Source: a virus
Strand: one strand, 5' to 3'
Length of the DNA stretch: 64,000 nt
Virus record (IMG/VR): IMGVR_UViG_3300025131_000006
Shown: one piece after another, positions 37,365-46,658 of the stretch
Numbering within the stretch: position 1 is the stretch's first letter
How the letters are laid out: every line of letters starts with the position of its first letter
Notes under the pieces: generated by a model
What the model was told of the DNA's origin: nothing
What the model saw: only the letters and a program-made list of their open reading frames with translations
Database searches by the model: none
Made by a program: the position numbers and the translations under genes

Positions 37365-37850
37365 ATGGCTACGGGCAGAAAGAGCAAGGGAGCTTACCCA
37401 CGAGAACTCGTCTTCGAGATCGACTACACGTCTATGGACGATGGGATTCGCTACGAGGGCCGGTTCACGGCTCGGCGACCCAATGTCTTCCAATGGATGG
37501 AGATGGAAGGTCTGAAGTCGAAGATGTTGGGCGGCAAGTATTACGACCCGGACAATCCGGGTTGTGGTGTGCCAGAGCACATGGAGATGATGGCAGAAAC
37601 AGCCGCTTTCTTGCGAATAGCGATTATCGACGCCCCGGAATGGTGGGGAGAGGAGGAGATCTTCGACCCCGGATTGCTCGCAGCAGTCTTCGCAGAGGCG
37701 CGAAAAGTCGATCCCTTTCGCTACGATCCAGGGGAAGAGTCGGGAGATAACGAAGAGCGGGTGGGAGGTCGTGGAGAGCCAAGCCATAGCCAACATCACG
37801 AACCCCAGCACACAGACAGTCTTGCGTCGATGGTGGACACAGAAGTATAA
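37365..37850 (+). CDS. tail assembly chaperone
   Basis: YEGRFTARRPN...AFLR.AI.DAPEWW; position before tape measure. Confidence 0.7.
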   Translation: MATGRKSKGAYPRELVFEIDYTSMDDGIRYEGRFTARRPNVFQWMEMEGLKSKMLGGKYYDPDNPGCGVPEHMEMMAETAAFLRIAIIDAPEWWGEEEIFDPGLLAAVFAEARKVDPFRYDPGEESGDNEERVGGRGEPSHSQHHEPQHTDSLASMVDTEV

Positions 37851-38574
37851 ACTTCCCATCACAAGCGATGCTTGGCTGCGTGCTGACCCGATGGAGTTGA
37901 TGATCGAGTTCATGGAGGACATGCTGGAGGATGACGAAGACGAAGCCCGCAAGGCTCGGCTGAAGCATCTGGGTCGTGAGTCTGCTGTGACAGGTGATTG
38001 GCTTACCGATTATTGGGAGCGTCAGGTCGCTCGCGGCGAGACTCCGGACTTGGATGCGTTTGAGCCGGAGAACGCTCGGAAGCGGTGGGAGGCCATGCGA
38101 GAAGCATCTCGGCGATATACGGAACTGACCGGTGACCCATTTTATATGGACCCGATCCAAGATCACTTCTTGGAGATCGACCAGATAGAGAACAGTCGTC
38201 AGTTCGGTGATCACGAGCAGCTTCAGACGTTGACGGCATTGGCGGCCACAGGAGATCGAGACGCGATGGAGATGTTGGCAGAAATCCAAGGGGAGCACTC
38301 AGCGGGGCGCCCGGTGGATGACGCGATCGACTCTCGGATGCCGAGGACATTGAATTGGGTGGACCCGTCCAGCTTGGATGCGAACGGGTTCCCCGATGAA
38401 TTGAGCTTTGGTGAGTCGGGTGTCTCGGAGAGGCGAGCGAGTCGTCCGGCTCCGGTGATTCCATCTGAGACGGGCGTGGCAGACGTGTTTCGGCAGGCAG
38501 GCGGGAGCGACGCAGACGCGGCGTTTGCGAAGGCGGCTGAGATGGGTTGGTTCGAAGGTGAATGGGATGATTAA
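37771..38574 (+). CDS. second tail assembly chaperone ORF (probably reached by +1 frameshift)
   Basis: LRRWWTQKYKLP...ELMIEF.ED; overlaps the first chaperone in the +1 frame. Confidence 0.65.
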   Translation: MESQAIANITNPSTQTVLRRWWTQKYKLPITSDAWLRADPMELMIEFMEDMLEDDEDEARKARLKHLGRESAVTGDWLTDYWERQVARGETPDLDAFEPENARKRWEAMREASRRYTELTGDPFYMDPIQDHFLEIDQIENSRQFGDHEQLQTLTALAATGDRDAMEMLAEIQGEHSAGRPVDDAIDSRMPRTLNWVDPSSLDANGFPDELSFGESGVSERRASRPAPVIPSETGVADVFRQAGGSDADAAFAKAAEMGWFEGEWDD

Positions 38575-38589
38575 GTTCAGTCACTGAAC
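38575..38589. repeat. 15-bp palindrome, site 13
   Basis: GTTCAGTCACTGAAC, abuts TAA stop. Confidence 0.9.
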
Positions 38590-38617
38590 TTTTTCTTTGG
38601 TTTAGGGAGATGCTGGC

Positions 38618-40837
38618 ATGAAGCGCATGAAGATTCCGGTCGAATTGGAATTACAGTACGATCGGTTCCAATCTCAGATGGGGCAGATGTCGAGGTCGTT
38701 GCAGCAGGACATGCGGCGGGTTCCCAGGCAATCCCAAGCAGGTATGATGTCGGATGTGATGTTCCCTCAAGGCGGGAACATGCGTCGCAGCGTGCGGCAT
38801 CGTATGCGAGACTTCAGCCGGACGTTGTCTTTGGGCTTCAAGCAAGAGATGCCTCGAATGTCCCGGATGTTCACGCAGTCGTCGAAAGGCGTCGCTGACT
38901 TTGGGAAGATGGGCAAGAAGAGCTTCGATGAGTTGGGGAAGGCGGCTCGGAAGGCTCGTCGGGTCGTAGAGAAAGAACTGAATGCCATTCGGCGGGCACA
39001 GTCTCGCATGGGTTCGATCGGGGGTGGAGGCGGAGGGAGTCGTCCGGTCGCTCTCCGCAGTGGCGGCGCTGCATCGATGGGCGGCAGGGCTCGCGGATAT
39101 GCAGCACAAGGCATGGGGTGGTTGAGCACTCTCGGTGTCTATGGCATGCAGGGGATTATCACAGGCGGCATCCAACAGGCAGTGGGTGCGTATGAGAACC
39201 GCGAGGACAATCGGCTGGAGTGGGCACCGTACATGACGGGGGGGGCAGGTCGCGGGCGCAATCCATATATATCGGGACGGAAGTACGGATACACGCCTGC
39301 CGAGGCAGCACAACTTCAGGGCACCGGCTCCAAGTTGGGGATGGGTCGTTCGGCAGAAGCGGGTGATTGGGGCTTTCAACTGATGCGTGGTTGGGGCCAA
39401 GAGGGTTTCACGACCGGAGCGGGCATGATGCGTCGTGGCCGGGGAACCAAGACAGCCAAGCAAGAGTTTATCCGGATCTTCGCAGCGGGTATCAAGTCGG
39501 GGTTGGATGAAGGTCGTATCCCGGAACTGTTGGAGGGCGCGAACCGGCTCTCGGAAGAGATCATCACGGTGACGCCGAAGAGCGACGGCATGAAGGCGAT
39601 CGTTCAGCAGTTGGCCATGATGAATTCGTCGGGTCGGCCAGGGTTGATGGGTAAGTACGGTGCGAGTGCGTTGGGCCAAATGGATAAATCCATCAGGGGC
39701 TCCAGCGGGGCATCGCAAGCTTTTCTATTGCGGGCGTTTGGATTTGGGCGTGGAACCAGCTTCTTTGACGCTTATCGTCGCATGGAGCAAGGGGCTTCGA
39801 ACCCGGAGAATATTCGGGACATTCTGGCCCAAGGCAAGAGAGAGTACGGCACCGGGAAGTACGGTGGAGGCACGGCACGAGAGACGTTGTTGGCGTTGAA
39901 GAATTTCGGCATGAAGAGTACGTTTGTGGCTGAAGACGTCGCCAGGGTTTATTCCGGTTCAGGCAGCTTGGCAGACAAGCAGAGTCAAATCCAAGCGATC
40001 TTGCGTGGTGATAAAGACGGGACGATTGGGGGCATGAAGGGGCGTGGAGATGCCCACGTCCAGAGATGGGGTCGTCCCAGTAGGTTGCGTGCCAGAGACG
40101 CCGAGAGATACGCCAGAGTAGCAGAGAAAGGCAAAGGCAAAGGGCAACACGATCTGTATTCGATCAAAGAGCGGGCATCTGATGTCGCGTACAAGCTCTT
40201 GGGGAGCACAGGTCCGCTGATCAAGAAGGTGGTTCTTCCCTTCAGCAAGTGGCTTGTCGAGTTCATGGAGAAGAACAAGGGTCTCTTGAAAGACATCGTG
40301 GGTGGGTTTGCGACCTTCGTGAGGGTCTTGGGTGGTGCTGTTGGATCGTTGGTGACGATGGCAATCAAATTGGGGCGCAAGTTCGGGTTGGGCGGGAAGC
40401 CCACCCCGAAGTCCAAGTTCCAAACAGGCTCCGGCCAATGGAAGGGAACGGGGTTCGGGAAGCTGTGGAATTACTTCGAGATGAAAGCAGCCGACGCCAG
40501 CCGGGCCAAGTTCTTGAGTGGTTGGTCGGCGCAATTGAAGAAAGATCCGGCGGCTCGGAAGAAAATGGAGACATTTTACCGAGGCTTGGTGAAGCAAGGA
40601 AAGACTGCCTTGAAGTTCGGGCATGATCTGCCATATGGAGTGGCGGGTGACAAGACCAGGGCGGAGTGGAGAAAGCACCACACGGATCACTCTTCCGAAT
40701 TTGGCGGCCAGTTCGTCATTGTGCCGATGGGGATGTTGCGTAAGGTGTTGTCGGGTGCCAGTGTGGCGAATCTGCCAGCAGCACCTTCTCGGAAGACACG
40801 AGCCAAGGCCAAGAAGGGTCGAAGCGTCAAGAAGTAA
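38618..40837 (+). CDS. tape measure protein
   Basis: Gly/Ala/Met/Arg-rich helical protein after the chaperones. Confidence 0.7.
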   Translation: MKRMKIPVELELQYDRFQSQMGQMSRSLQQDMRRVPRQSQAGMMSDVMFPQGGNMRRSVRHRMRDFSRTLSLGFKQEMPRMSRMFTQSSKGVADFGKMGKKSFDELGKAARKARRVVEKELNAIRRAQSRMGSIGGGGGGSRPVALRSGGAASMGGRARGYAAQGMGWLSTLGVYGMQGIITGGIQQAVGAYENREDNRLEWAPYMTGGAGRGRNPYISGRKYGYTPAEAAQLQGTGSKLGMGRSAEAGDWGFQLMRGWGQEGFTTGAGMMRRGRGTKTAKQEFIRIFAAGIKSGLDEGRIPELLEGANRLSEEIITVTPKSDGMKAIVQQLAMMNSSGRPGLMGKYGASALGQMDKSIRGSSGASQAFLLRAFGFGRGTSFFDAYRRMEQGASNPENIRDILAQGKREYGTGKYGGGTARETLLALKNFGMKSTFVAEDVARVYSGSGSLADKQSQIQAILRGDKDGTIGGMKGRGDAHVQRWGRPSRLRARDAERYARVAEKGKGKGQHDLYSIKERASDVAYKLLGSTGPLIKKVVLPFSKWLVEFMEKNKGLLKDIVGGFATFVRVLGGAVGSLVTMAIKLGRKFGLGGKPTPKSKFQTGSGQWKGTGFGKLWNYFEMKAADASRAKFLSGWSAQLKKDPAARKKMETFYRGLVKQGKTALKFGHDLPYGVAGDKTRAEWRKHHTDHSSEFGGQFVIVPMGMLRKVLSGASVANLPAAPSRKTRAKAKKGRSVKK

Positions 40838-40861
40838 TCCCCACCTCCAGGAGTTCGCCAG

Positions 40862-43219
40862 ATGCCGCGACAGCGAAGATTCAGACTTGGTGCCCAAGAC
40901 CACGCGATCCACGGGACGTGCAGTGTTTTCGTGGCGTCGCATTACGGCGTCGCAGGAGACATGGGCCGGGGTCAGTATGATCTGAGTCGCGACGTGTCGC
41001 GGTGCGAGGTCGAGCGGTCGCTCCAAGGGAGCACGGCTCAGATGACGATCTTGCCGAATCGTCCGTACACCAGTTGGGTGTTCCCCGGTGATTGGATCTC
41101 GATCTACATGGCGACCAACGCGGACGACCCGGAAGATTATGGCGTGACCACGAATCCGGTGCTGCGATCTGTGCCAGGGTCGAACTTTCGGATCTTCTTT
41201 GGCTTCGTGAGGTCTATTAAGGAGGACTCTGTCACGAACCCACAGACGGGAGCCACGCAGGTTCGCTATAATATCAGTTGCACGGGAGCACAGTCTTCTT
41301 TCGAGTCAACGAATGTGTACTTCAATCGGTCGTTATCGTCGAAGACAAAGTTTGGCGGGTACTTGCCGGGTATGTCCAGGTTGTCGTATGGAGCGCCGAT
41401 GGCCGGTACACCGACGACGTTGCCGCGTGGACTCGCGATGTCGTACATGGGATTTGGCGAGCAGTTTTTGATGCCGACCCATTATCCCCAAGGAACGCTT
41501 GGAGATGAGGCCGAACGCAGGCGCCGAGTCCGGCGGATGTTTTCGGTGGCCAAAGAGATCGAAGAGTATTTCGGCTTCTGGAATGTGCGGGGTACGGGGG
41601 AGACGAGCAAGCCGACTGCCTTGGGAACATCGCTTCGTTATTTGCGAGAGGAGTTGTTGAGTCAGAGCATTCTCAGCATGATGGACTTGTTCTCTTACAC
41701 AGAGGACTTGTTCGTCGATGGTGCCCTGAATGACGGGTCGTTTCACGAGCAGGCAGGGACGGTCTGGTCGATCATGTTCGAGAACTGCAACCCCATCATA
41801 AATGAGATGTGGGTGGGGTTGTTGCCACAGCGTGACAACGCGACCGGCGAGCGGATCTTTGGTGGCAACGTGGATGAGTGGGGGCAGGCACCCAACCTAG
41901 TTCCTTCTTTGATCGTGCGAGAGCGCCCGTTCTCGTGGAGGAATGAGTTCTATATGCTGCCTGTGGCTTTGCGGGCGAATGCGTCGATCGCGAAGCGACG
42001 AATATTCTTGGGAGATGTCTTCTTTTCGCGGAGAGGGCAGCCCGGCGGGACACAGTACGAGAAGATCTCTCCGGCGGGAGATGTCTTTCCATTGATAGAC
42101 GAGGTGACGGGGGGCTTGGCGGTACAGAGTCCCTTGGGTTCGGGGATTCGCGGAGTGGACCGATTCCGATGCCCGGTACAATATATCCAACGTGAGAGCT
42201 TGGGCTTGTCGGATAACGATATGTTCAACTTTTTCATGATCACACAGACCAAGACGCCGTTGACACAGCCGATGCAGAAGCTGGCAGCGTTGCACGACGG
42301 ATTGATTCCGATGTTTTATCCGGAGTCGATCAAACGACACGGGCTTCGGGTTCGAGAGATGGCCACGCAGTTCATGTACACCGGGCGGGGTGGGATTTCG
42401 ACGTCTCGTGGTATGAACTTCGTCCTTCGCTGCTTATTGTTGAACGACGTGTGGTATCAGAACTCTCCGTGGTATCGACGCGGGTCGCTCGTGGTCCGCC
42501 CGTGCCCTGGCGTGCGAGAGGGCATGATGTTGGACATCGAGGGTCCGGGCCGAGAGGAGTCGTTCTATATCGAAGCGGTCAATTATTCATATGCTTCGTC
42601 GGAGTCGGGGTCGTCGGGTGGGACGTGTGCGATGGGTATGACGGTTACGCGAGGGCAGCCTGGCTTGAGCAACCCGGAGTTGCGCTTCCCGTATGCGGCT
42701 CCTGACTCGGTTGATATTTACCTGCGCGATGCCGTGACGGGCAAGCTTGGCTCCAAGGTGGAGCGGCCACTGTCTCCGGTGCAGCCAAAAGTGGAGCAGA
42801 GTCCATATTCTTCGGATGCGGCTCGCATCAAAAAGTTTAAGTCGTTGGCGGAGACGTGGATCGACAAGGGTGATATTCCCATCTCGACAGGGGTGGGGTT
42901 TTTGTTGGACTTGCAGACAACCACCACAATGGAGCAGGCGTATGAGACGCTGCGGACGTTACCGACCCCGTCGGGGATGGACCCCCAGGAGTGGATCACG
43001 GTCTCTCGCAAGTTGGAAGCAGAGGCACAGGGTGCCCTTCGGGTGCGCGTGGAGCAGATTCCTCCGGTCCCGGCGACGTTGGACCGCATCTCAGCGGGAA
43101 CGGCTCCGTGGGGGCGCCGTAAGTGGCACTATCGTTTGTACACGGGAGCCCGAACCCTGTGGGACAAGTTCCGCGAGAGCCGGGTGGGCCAGTGGATGAC
43201 CAATCGATTTGGAATATAA
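40862..43219 (+). CDS. baseplate hub protein (gp27-like)
   Basis: Position after tape measure; SIKRHGLR...RGSLVVRP.PGVR.G......FYIEAV...TVTRG. Confidence 0.65.
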   Translation: MPRQRRFRLGAQDHAIHGTCSVFVASHYGVAGDMGRGQYDLSRDVSRCEVERSLQGSTAQMTILPNRPYTSWVFPGDWISIYMATNADDPEDYGVTTNPVLRSVPGSNFRIFFGFVRSIKEDSVTNPQTGATQVRYNISCTGAQSSFESTNVYFNRSLSSKTKFGGYLPGMSRLSYGAPMAGTPTTLPRGLAMSYMGFGEQFLMPTHYPQGTLGDEAERRRRVRRMFSVAKEIEEYFGFWNVRGTGETSKPTALGTSLRYLREELLSQSILSMMDLFSYTEDLFVDGALNDGSFHEQAGTVWSIMFENCNPIINEMWVGLLPQRDNATGERIFGGNVDEWGQAPNLVPSLIVRERPFSWRNEFYMLPVALRANASIAKRRIFLGDVFFSRRGQPGGTQYEKISPAGDVFPLIDEVTGGLAVQSPLGSGIRGVDRFRCPVQYIQRESLGLSDNDMFNFFMITQTKTPLTQPMQKLAALHDGLIPMFYPESIKRHGLRVREMATQFMYTGRGGISTSRGMNFVLRCLLLNDVWYQNSPWYRRGSLVVRPCPGVREGMMLDIEGPGREESFYIEAVNYSYASSESGSSGGTCAMGMTVTRGQPGLSNPELRFPYAAPDSVDIYLRDAVTGKLGSKVERPLSPVQPKVEQSPYSSDAARIKKFKSLAETWIDKGDIPISTGVGFLLDLQTTTTMEQAYETLRTLPTPSGMDPQEWITVSRKLEAEAQGALRVRVEQIPPVPATLDRISAGTAPWGRRKWHYRLYTGARTLWDKFRESRVGQWMTNRFGI

Positions 43220-43234
43220 GCAAGAGGAAGAGTC

Positions 43235-44392
43235 ATGTCAGACGATTGGGGATATTATGACGACCAATACGACGAGGATGATCTCCCGGTAGAGTCCGGG
43301 CTCATGATGTTGGCGAACGAGGGCGTGCGTCATATCAATGGTCCGGTCTTGGGGGTGGTGCTCCAGGTGAACGCTGCGGACTCAGGTGACCACTTGTTTG
43401 TGCAGTCGCGGCGGGGAGATGGGGATACGTCAGCGGCGAGTCCGTACTTGGAGGCTGATGTTCTGGTTCTGTTCAATGGCGTGGAGGACAATATGGTCCT
43501 GCGGCATTGTGTGATCCTGCAAGGGAAGACCAGCCGCTTGGGACCGTCGGAGGACGAGCCGAATGACTTCACCGAGGACGTTCCGAATGGTTGCACCAAG
43601 ACAGAGCTTGGGGCAATTCGAAACGGTCAGGAAGTCCCGATCGAAGATCTGTCCGGGGATTGGGTGCTCGTGGACTTTATCGGTGGGTTGCTACAACTCC
43701 CAGTGGTCTTGACGTATTTCCCTAACCCATACAATCAGGTGGACGCGGCTCGTGAGGAAGACGGTCGGCGGTTTACGCTGCGACGCAATGGCTCCGGCAT
43801 TGTTATCCGGGGCAATGGTGATCTGGAGATCACGCATCGATCGGGACAGTTTCTGCAATTCCGTGGCAAAGAAGTGACGATGAAGTCCATCGGCGGCCAG
43901 ATGATTCACCTCGACGAAGGGGGAGACGTCAACGTTGTCGATGGTCGCGGCAATGTCATATTGATGGAGGAGGATGGCGTCACGATCAACACAGGAGATT
44001 GTGCGATTGCGCTGTTGGATGGAGATGTCACGATCCAGGCGCCAGAGAAGTCCGTCTCGATTATCGCCAAAGAGTTGGATGTCATGGCCGAGAGAATCGG
44101 GATGGCGGGAGGAGGCGGGGGTAAATCTCTCGTGACAGAGGCGTTTCTGCCAGTGATGGAGCAGTTTGTCGCTGCGGTGGATACGTTACAGGAGGCGATC
44201 TTTGCTTTCGCGGAGGCTCAGTCTTTGATTGCCGCTGCCTCGACAGGAACTGTTCAGAAGCTATTGCCGGGGTACAAAGCTCTGTCTGCGATAGCCAAGG
44301 CGAACGACGTGGCTGTCGAAGCAGTGCGTACTATTTTGAACGACGACAAGGCAGCAGCGACGTTGCGAACGATTGTGTTTGAGGCCGACTGA
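43235..44392 (+). CDS. baseplate central spike (gpV/gp5-like)
   Basis: GDWVLVDFIGG....PVV OB-fold end followed by short beta repeats. Confidence 0.7.
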   Translation: MSDDWGYYDDQYDEDDLPVESGLMMLANEGVRHINGPVLGVVLQVNAADSGDHLFVQSRRGDGDTSAASPYLEADVLVLFNGVEDNMVLRHCVILQGKTSRLGPSEDEPNDFTEDVPNGCTKTELGAIRNGQEVPIEDLSGDWVLVDFIGGLLQLPVVLTYFPNPYNQVDAAREEDGRRFTLRRNGSGIVIRGNGDLEITHRSGQFLQFRGKEVTMKSIGGQMIHLDEGGDVNVVDGRGNVILMEEDGVTINTGDCAIALLDGDVTIQAPEKSVSIIAKELDVMAERIGMAGGGGGKSLVTEAFLPVMEQFVAAVDTLQEAIFAFAEAQSLIAAASTGTVQKLLPGYKALSAIAKANDVAVEAVRTILNDDKAAATLRTIVFEAD

Positions 44393-44407
44393 GTTCAGTT
44401 ACTAAAC
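44393..44407. repeat. 15-bp palindrome, site 14
   Basis: GTTCAGTTACTAAAC, abuts TGA stop. Confidence 0.9.
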
Positions 44408-44423
44408 TTGAGGACCAAAATAA

Positions 44424-44720
44424 ATGCCTGCTTTCAAGCCCAACCCCGGATGCACTGTCCCGAACGTTAAGCAACCACCGGATGTGAAGAAATTCTTGGA
44501 TGCCCTTGCTAAGTCGTACGCAAAGCTTGTCACAGAGAATCCCTTGAGCCGTGCGGCAGACAGGGCAACTAAGGAGATTGAGCGTATGAAAAAGAGAATC
44601 AGCACTCAGGAGAGGGTGTGGCGAAGCCAAGTGGAGAAGATTTTGGCGTATGCGGAGTTGGGGGATAAACGGTGTCCATTGCCCCAAGTTGTAGACAAAG
44701 ATGCTGTTCAGAAGCCATAA
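44424..44720 (+). CDS. hypothetical protein
   Basis: 98 aa in the tail operon. Confidence 0.6.
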   Translation: MPAFKPNPGCTVPNVKQPPDVKKFLDALAKSYAKLVTENPLSRAADRATKEIERMKKRISTQERVWRSQVEKILAYAELGDKRCPLPQVVDKDAVQKP

Positions 44721-44765
44721 TGGCACCCACGGGCAAGTAACTATAAGAGAGTGAGGGCTCGCCGT

Positions 44766-46592
44766 ATGGGCAAGCAATTCAGCACAGAACTAGAGAACAC
44801 ATCGCTGTTACGTCAGATGCAGCTTGTGGAGGCTCGCCCGAATCCCGGAAACAAGGGACCGTACCTGTACGCTCTGTATTTATTGGACGCGAGCACGGGA
44901 AGAGTCGTCAAGCAGTTTGGGTTTGATATTCCTCCCCAGGTCAACCGATTGGGCGAGGACTTCGCAGGAGATGTCGCTGCGGGCCAAGAGGGCGGGTATT
45001 GGACAGATGACCGTGGGCAGTACTTCAAGATGTTGCAAATCAGCGGGACGTTCGGGTTTCGACCGACGCGAGTGCGTGTTGGTATAGATGGTCCGTTGGG
45101 GAATCTGCTGAACCGCGTCGCTCGTGCTTCCAATCAGTTGGTGCGTTCGGCCCAAGCGTTGGCCGGGACTGCAACGGGAGCACCGACGATCCCGTCGGGA
45201 GAGACCACTGGGTTCGACCGCCTTCGCAAGCTGCTGAATCTGTTGAGATTATATGGAGACCTGAAAAAACATCGCTCGACGGCAGCCAGTGCTGTTCTCG
45301 TATGGGCCAATTGGAAGACCGGGGAGGTCTACACGGCACAGCCGATCAAGTTCGAGAGAGACCGCACGGCTCCAGGGGGCCGGTACAAGTACAACTACAA
45401 CTTCACGTTGCGCTTACTCTCTCCACTACAGGTGACGGCTCCTCCCGACTATCTGCACAATCCGCTGACGCCAAACGGTAAGCGCCAATGGTTCCAGAAG
45501 ATGCGCCAAGCGATGTCGGTGGTGCGAAATGCAATCGGCTTGGTGGGAGAGACGATCGATGCCGGGGTAGACTTTGCCGAAGATGTGATCCGGACGGTCA
45601 TTGCTCCCTTGCGGGAAGTGATGAACACGGTTGAGCGCTTGATGGACACGGGGTTGCGGGTCGCGTCTTTTCCGTTGGAGACGTTGCGGAGCGTGCATCA
45701 GGCTGCGTACCAGACCGCGATCTCGCTGATGCAGAAAGGCCAGGCGTACCGGGACTTGGGTCAAGAGTACTCTCGGTTGGCACGGGGCATACGCCAAATG
45801 TGGCAGTCCTTGTCGGTCTATGGGTCTTCTGACGTCAACAGCGACTTAGATGAGTATGGATCGAAGTACGGGCGCCGACACGTTCCCGACGTCGAATACC
45901 CAGACGAGGTGATGGTTGACGCTCCTCCTCCTTACAACACGACGTTTGAGCCGGGCACTTGGATGGCACCGACCGGGAAGCGGGCCATGCGGGTTCCATC
46001 GAATGCGACGATTCGCCAATTCGCCGACCGAGTCTTGGGTGATCCAGGCCGGTGGTTGGAGATTGCCCTGCTGAATCGCCTGCAAGCTCCGTACTTTGAT
46101 GCCAACGGCGATGGCGTCTTGGTCAAGAAGCCTGGTGACCTGATCGACGTTCCGGCGGACGTGTCTGCCGAGGAAGGGCAGGTCATTGACCTGAAACAGA
46201 ACACCGACATCACAGAGTTCGGCACAGACTTCCGCGTCAATCTGGAGTCGCGACGGTTTGTGATAAAAAACGGCGACATTGATATTGTATCGGGCACCGA
46301 TAACCTTCGGCAGGCCATGTACATTAAGATCTGGACCGAGCCGGGTGACTTGGTCTTGCATCCGTGGTTTGGGTTCGATCCGGATATTGGCGAAGGCTTG
46401 GTATTGGATATGGTCTCGCGTTATTATCTGCAACTCCGGACGACGATCCTGAGTGACACCCGCATCGCAAAGATCTTGTACATGTCGTTCCGCTCCCAAG
46501 GAGATGTTTTGTTCGCCGACGTCATCTTGGAGCCTAAAAACCAAGACGGTGCCAAGGCACTGCGGTCGCTCAAGATCGGCTCTGTCCCATAA
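44766..46592 (+). CDS. baseplate protein: tube-initiator-like N-terminus + LysM-like + gp25-like C-terminus
   Basis: TIRQFA.RVLGD..RW.EIA.LN.L (LysM-like); G.DNLRQA......TE.GDL.LHP.FG...ILSD.RI (gp25-like). Confidence 0.65.
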   Translation: MGKQFSTELENTSLLRQMQLVEARPNPGNKGPYLYALYLLDASTGRVVKQFGFDIPPQVNRLGEDFAGDVAAGQEGGYWTDDRGQYFKMLQISGTFGFRPTRVRVGIDGPLGNLLNRVARASNQLVRSAQALAGTATGAPTIPSGETTGFDRLRKLLNLLRLYGDLKKHRSTAASAVLVWANWKTGEVYTAQPIKFERDRTAPGGRYKYNYNFTLRLLSPLQVTAPPDYLHNPLTPNGKRQWFQKMRQAMSVVRNAIGLVGETIDAGVDFAEDVIRTVIAPLREVMNTVERLMDTGLRVASFPLETLRSVHQAAYQTAISLMQKGQAYRDLGQEYSRLARGIRQMWQSLSVYGSSDVNSDLDEYGSKYGRRHVPDVEYPDEVMVDAPPPYNTTFEPGTWMAPTGKRAMRVPSNATIRQFADRVLGDPGRWLEIALLNRLQAPYFDANGDGVLVKKPGDLIDVPADVSAEEGQVIDLKQNTDITEFGTDFRVNLESRRFVIKNGDIDIVSGTDNLRQAMYIKIWTEPGDLVLHPWFGFDPDIGEGLVLDMVSRYYLQLRTTILSDTRIAKILYMSFRSQGDVLFADVILEPKNQDGAKALRSLKIGSVP

Positions 46593-46622
46593 TAGCCATG
46601 AACCAATAATCATACCCGAAAC

Positions 46623-46637
46623 GTTCAGTTACTAAAC
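46623..46637. repeat. 15-bp palindrome, site 15
   Basis: GTTCAGTTACTAAAC. Confidence 0.9.
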
Positions 46638-46658
46638 ATAAACAATGGTGGGCCTGAT

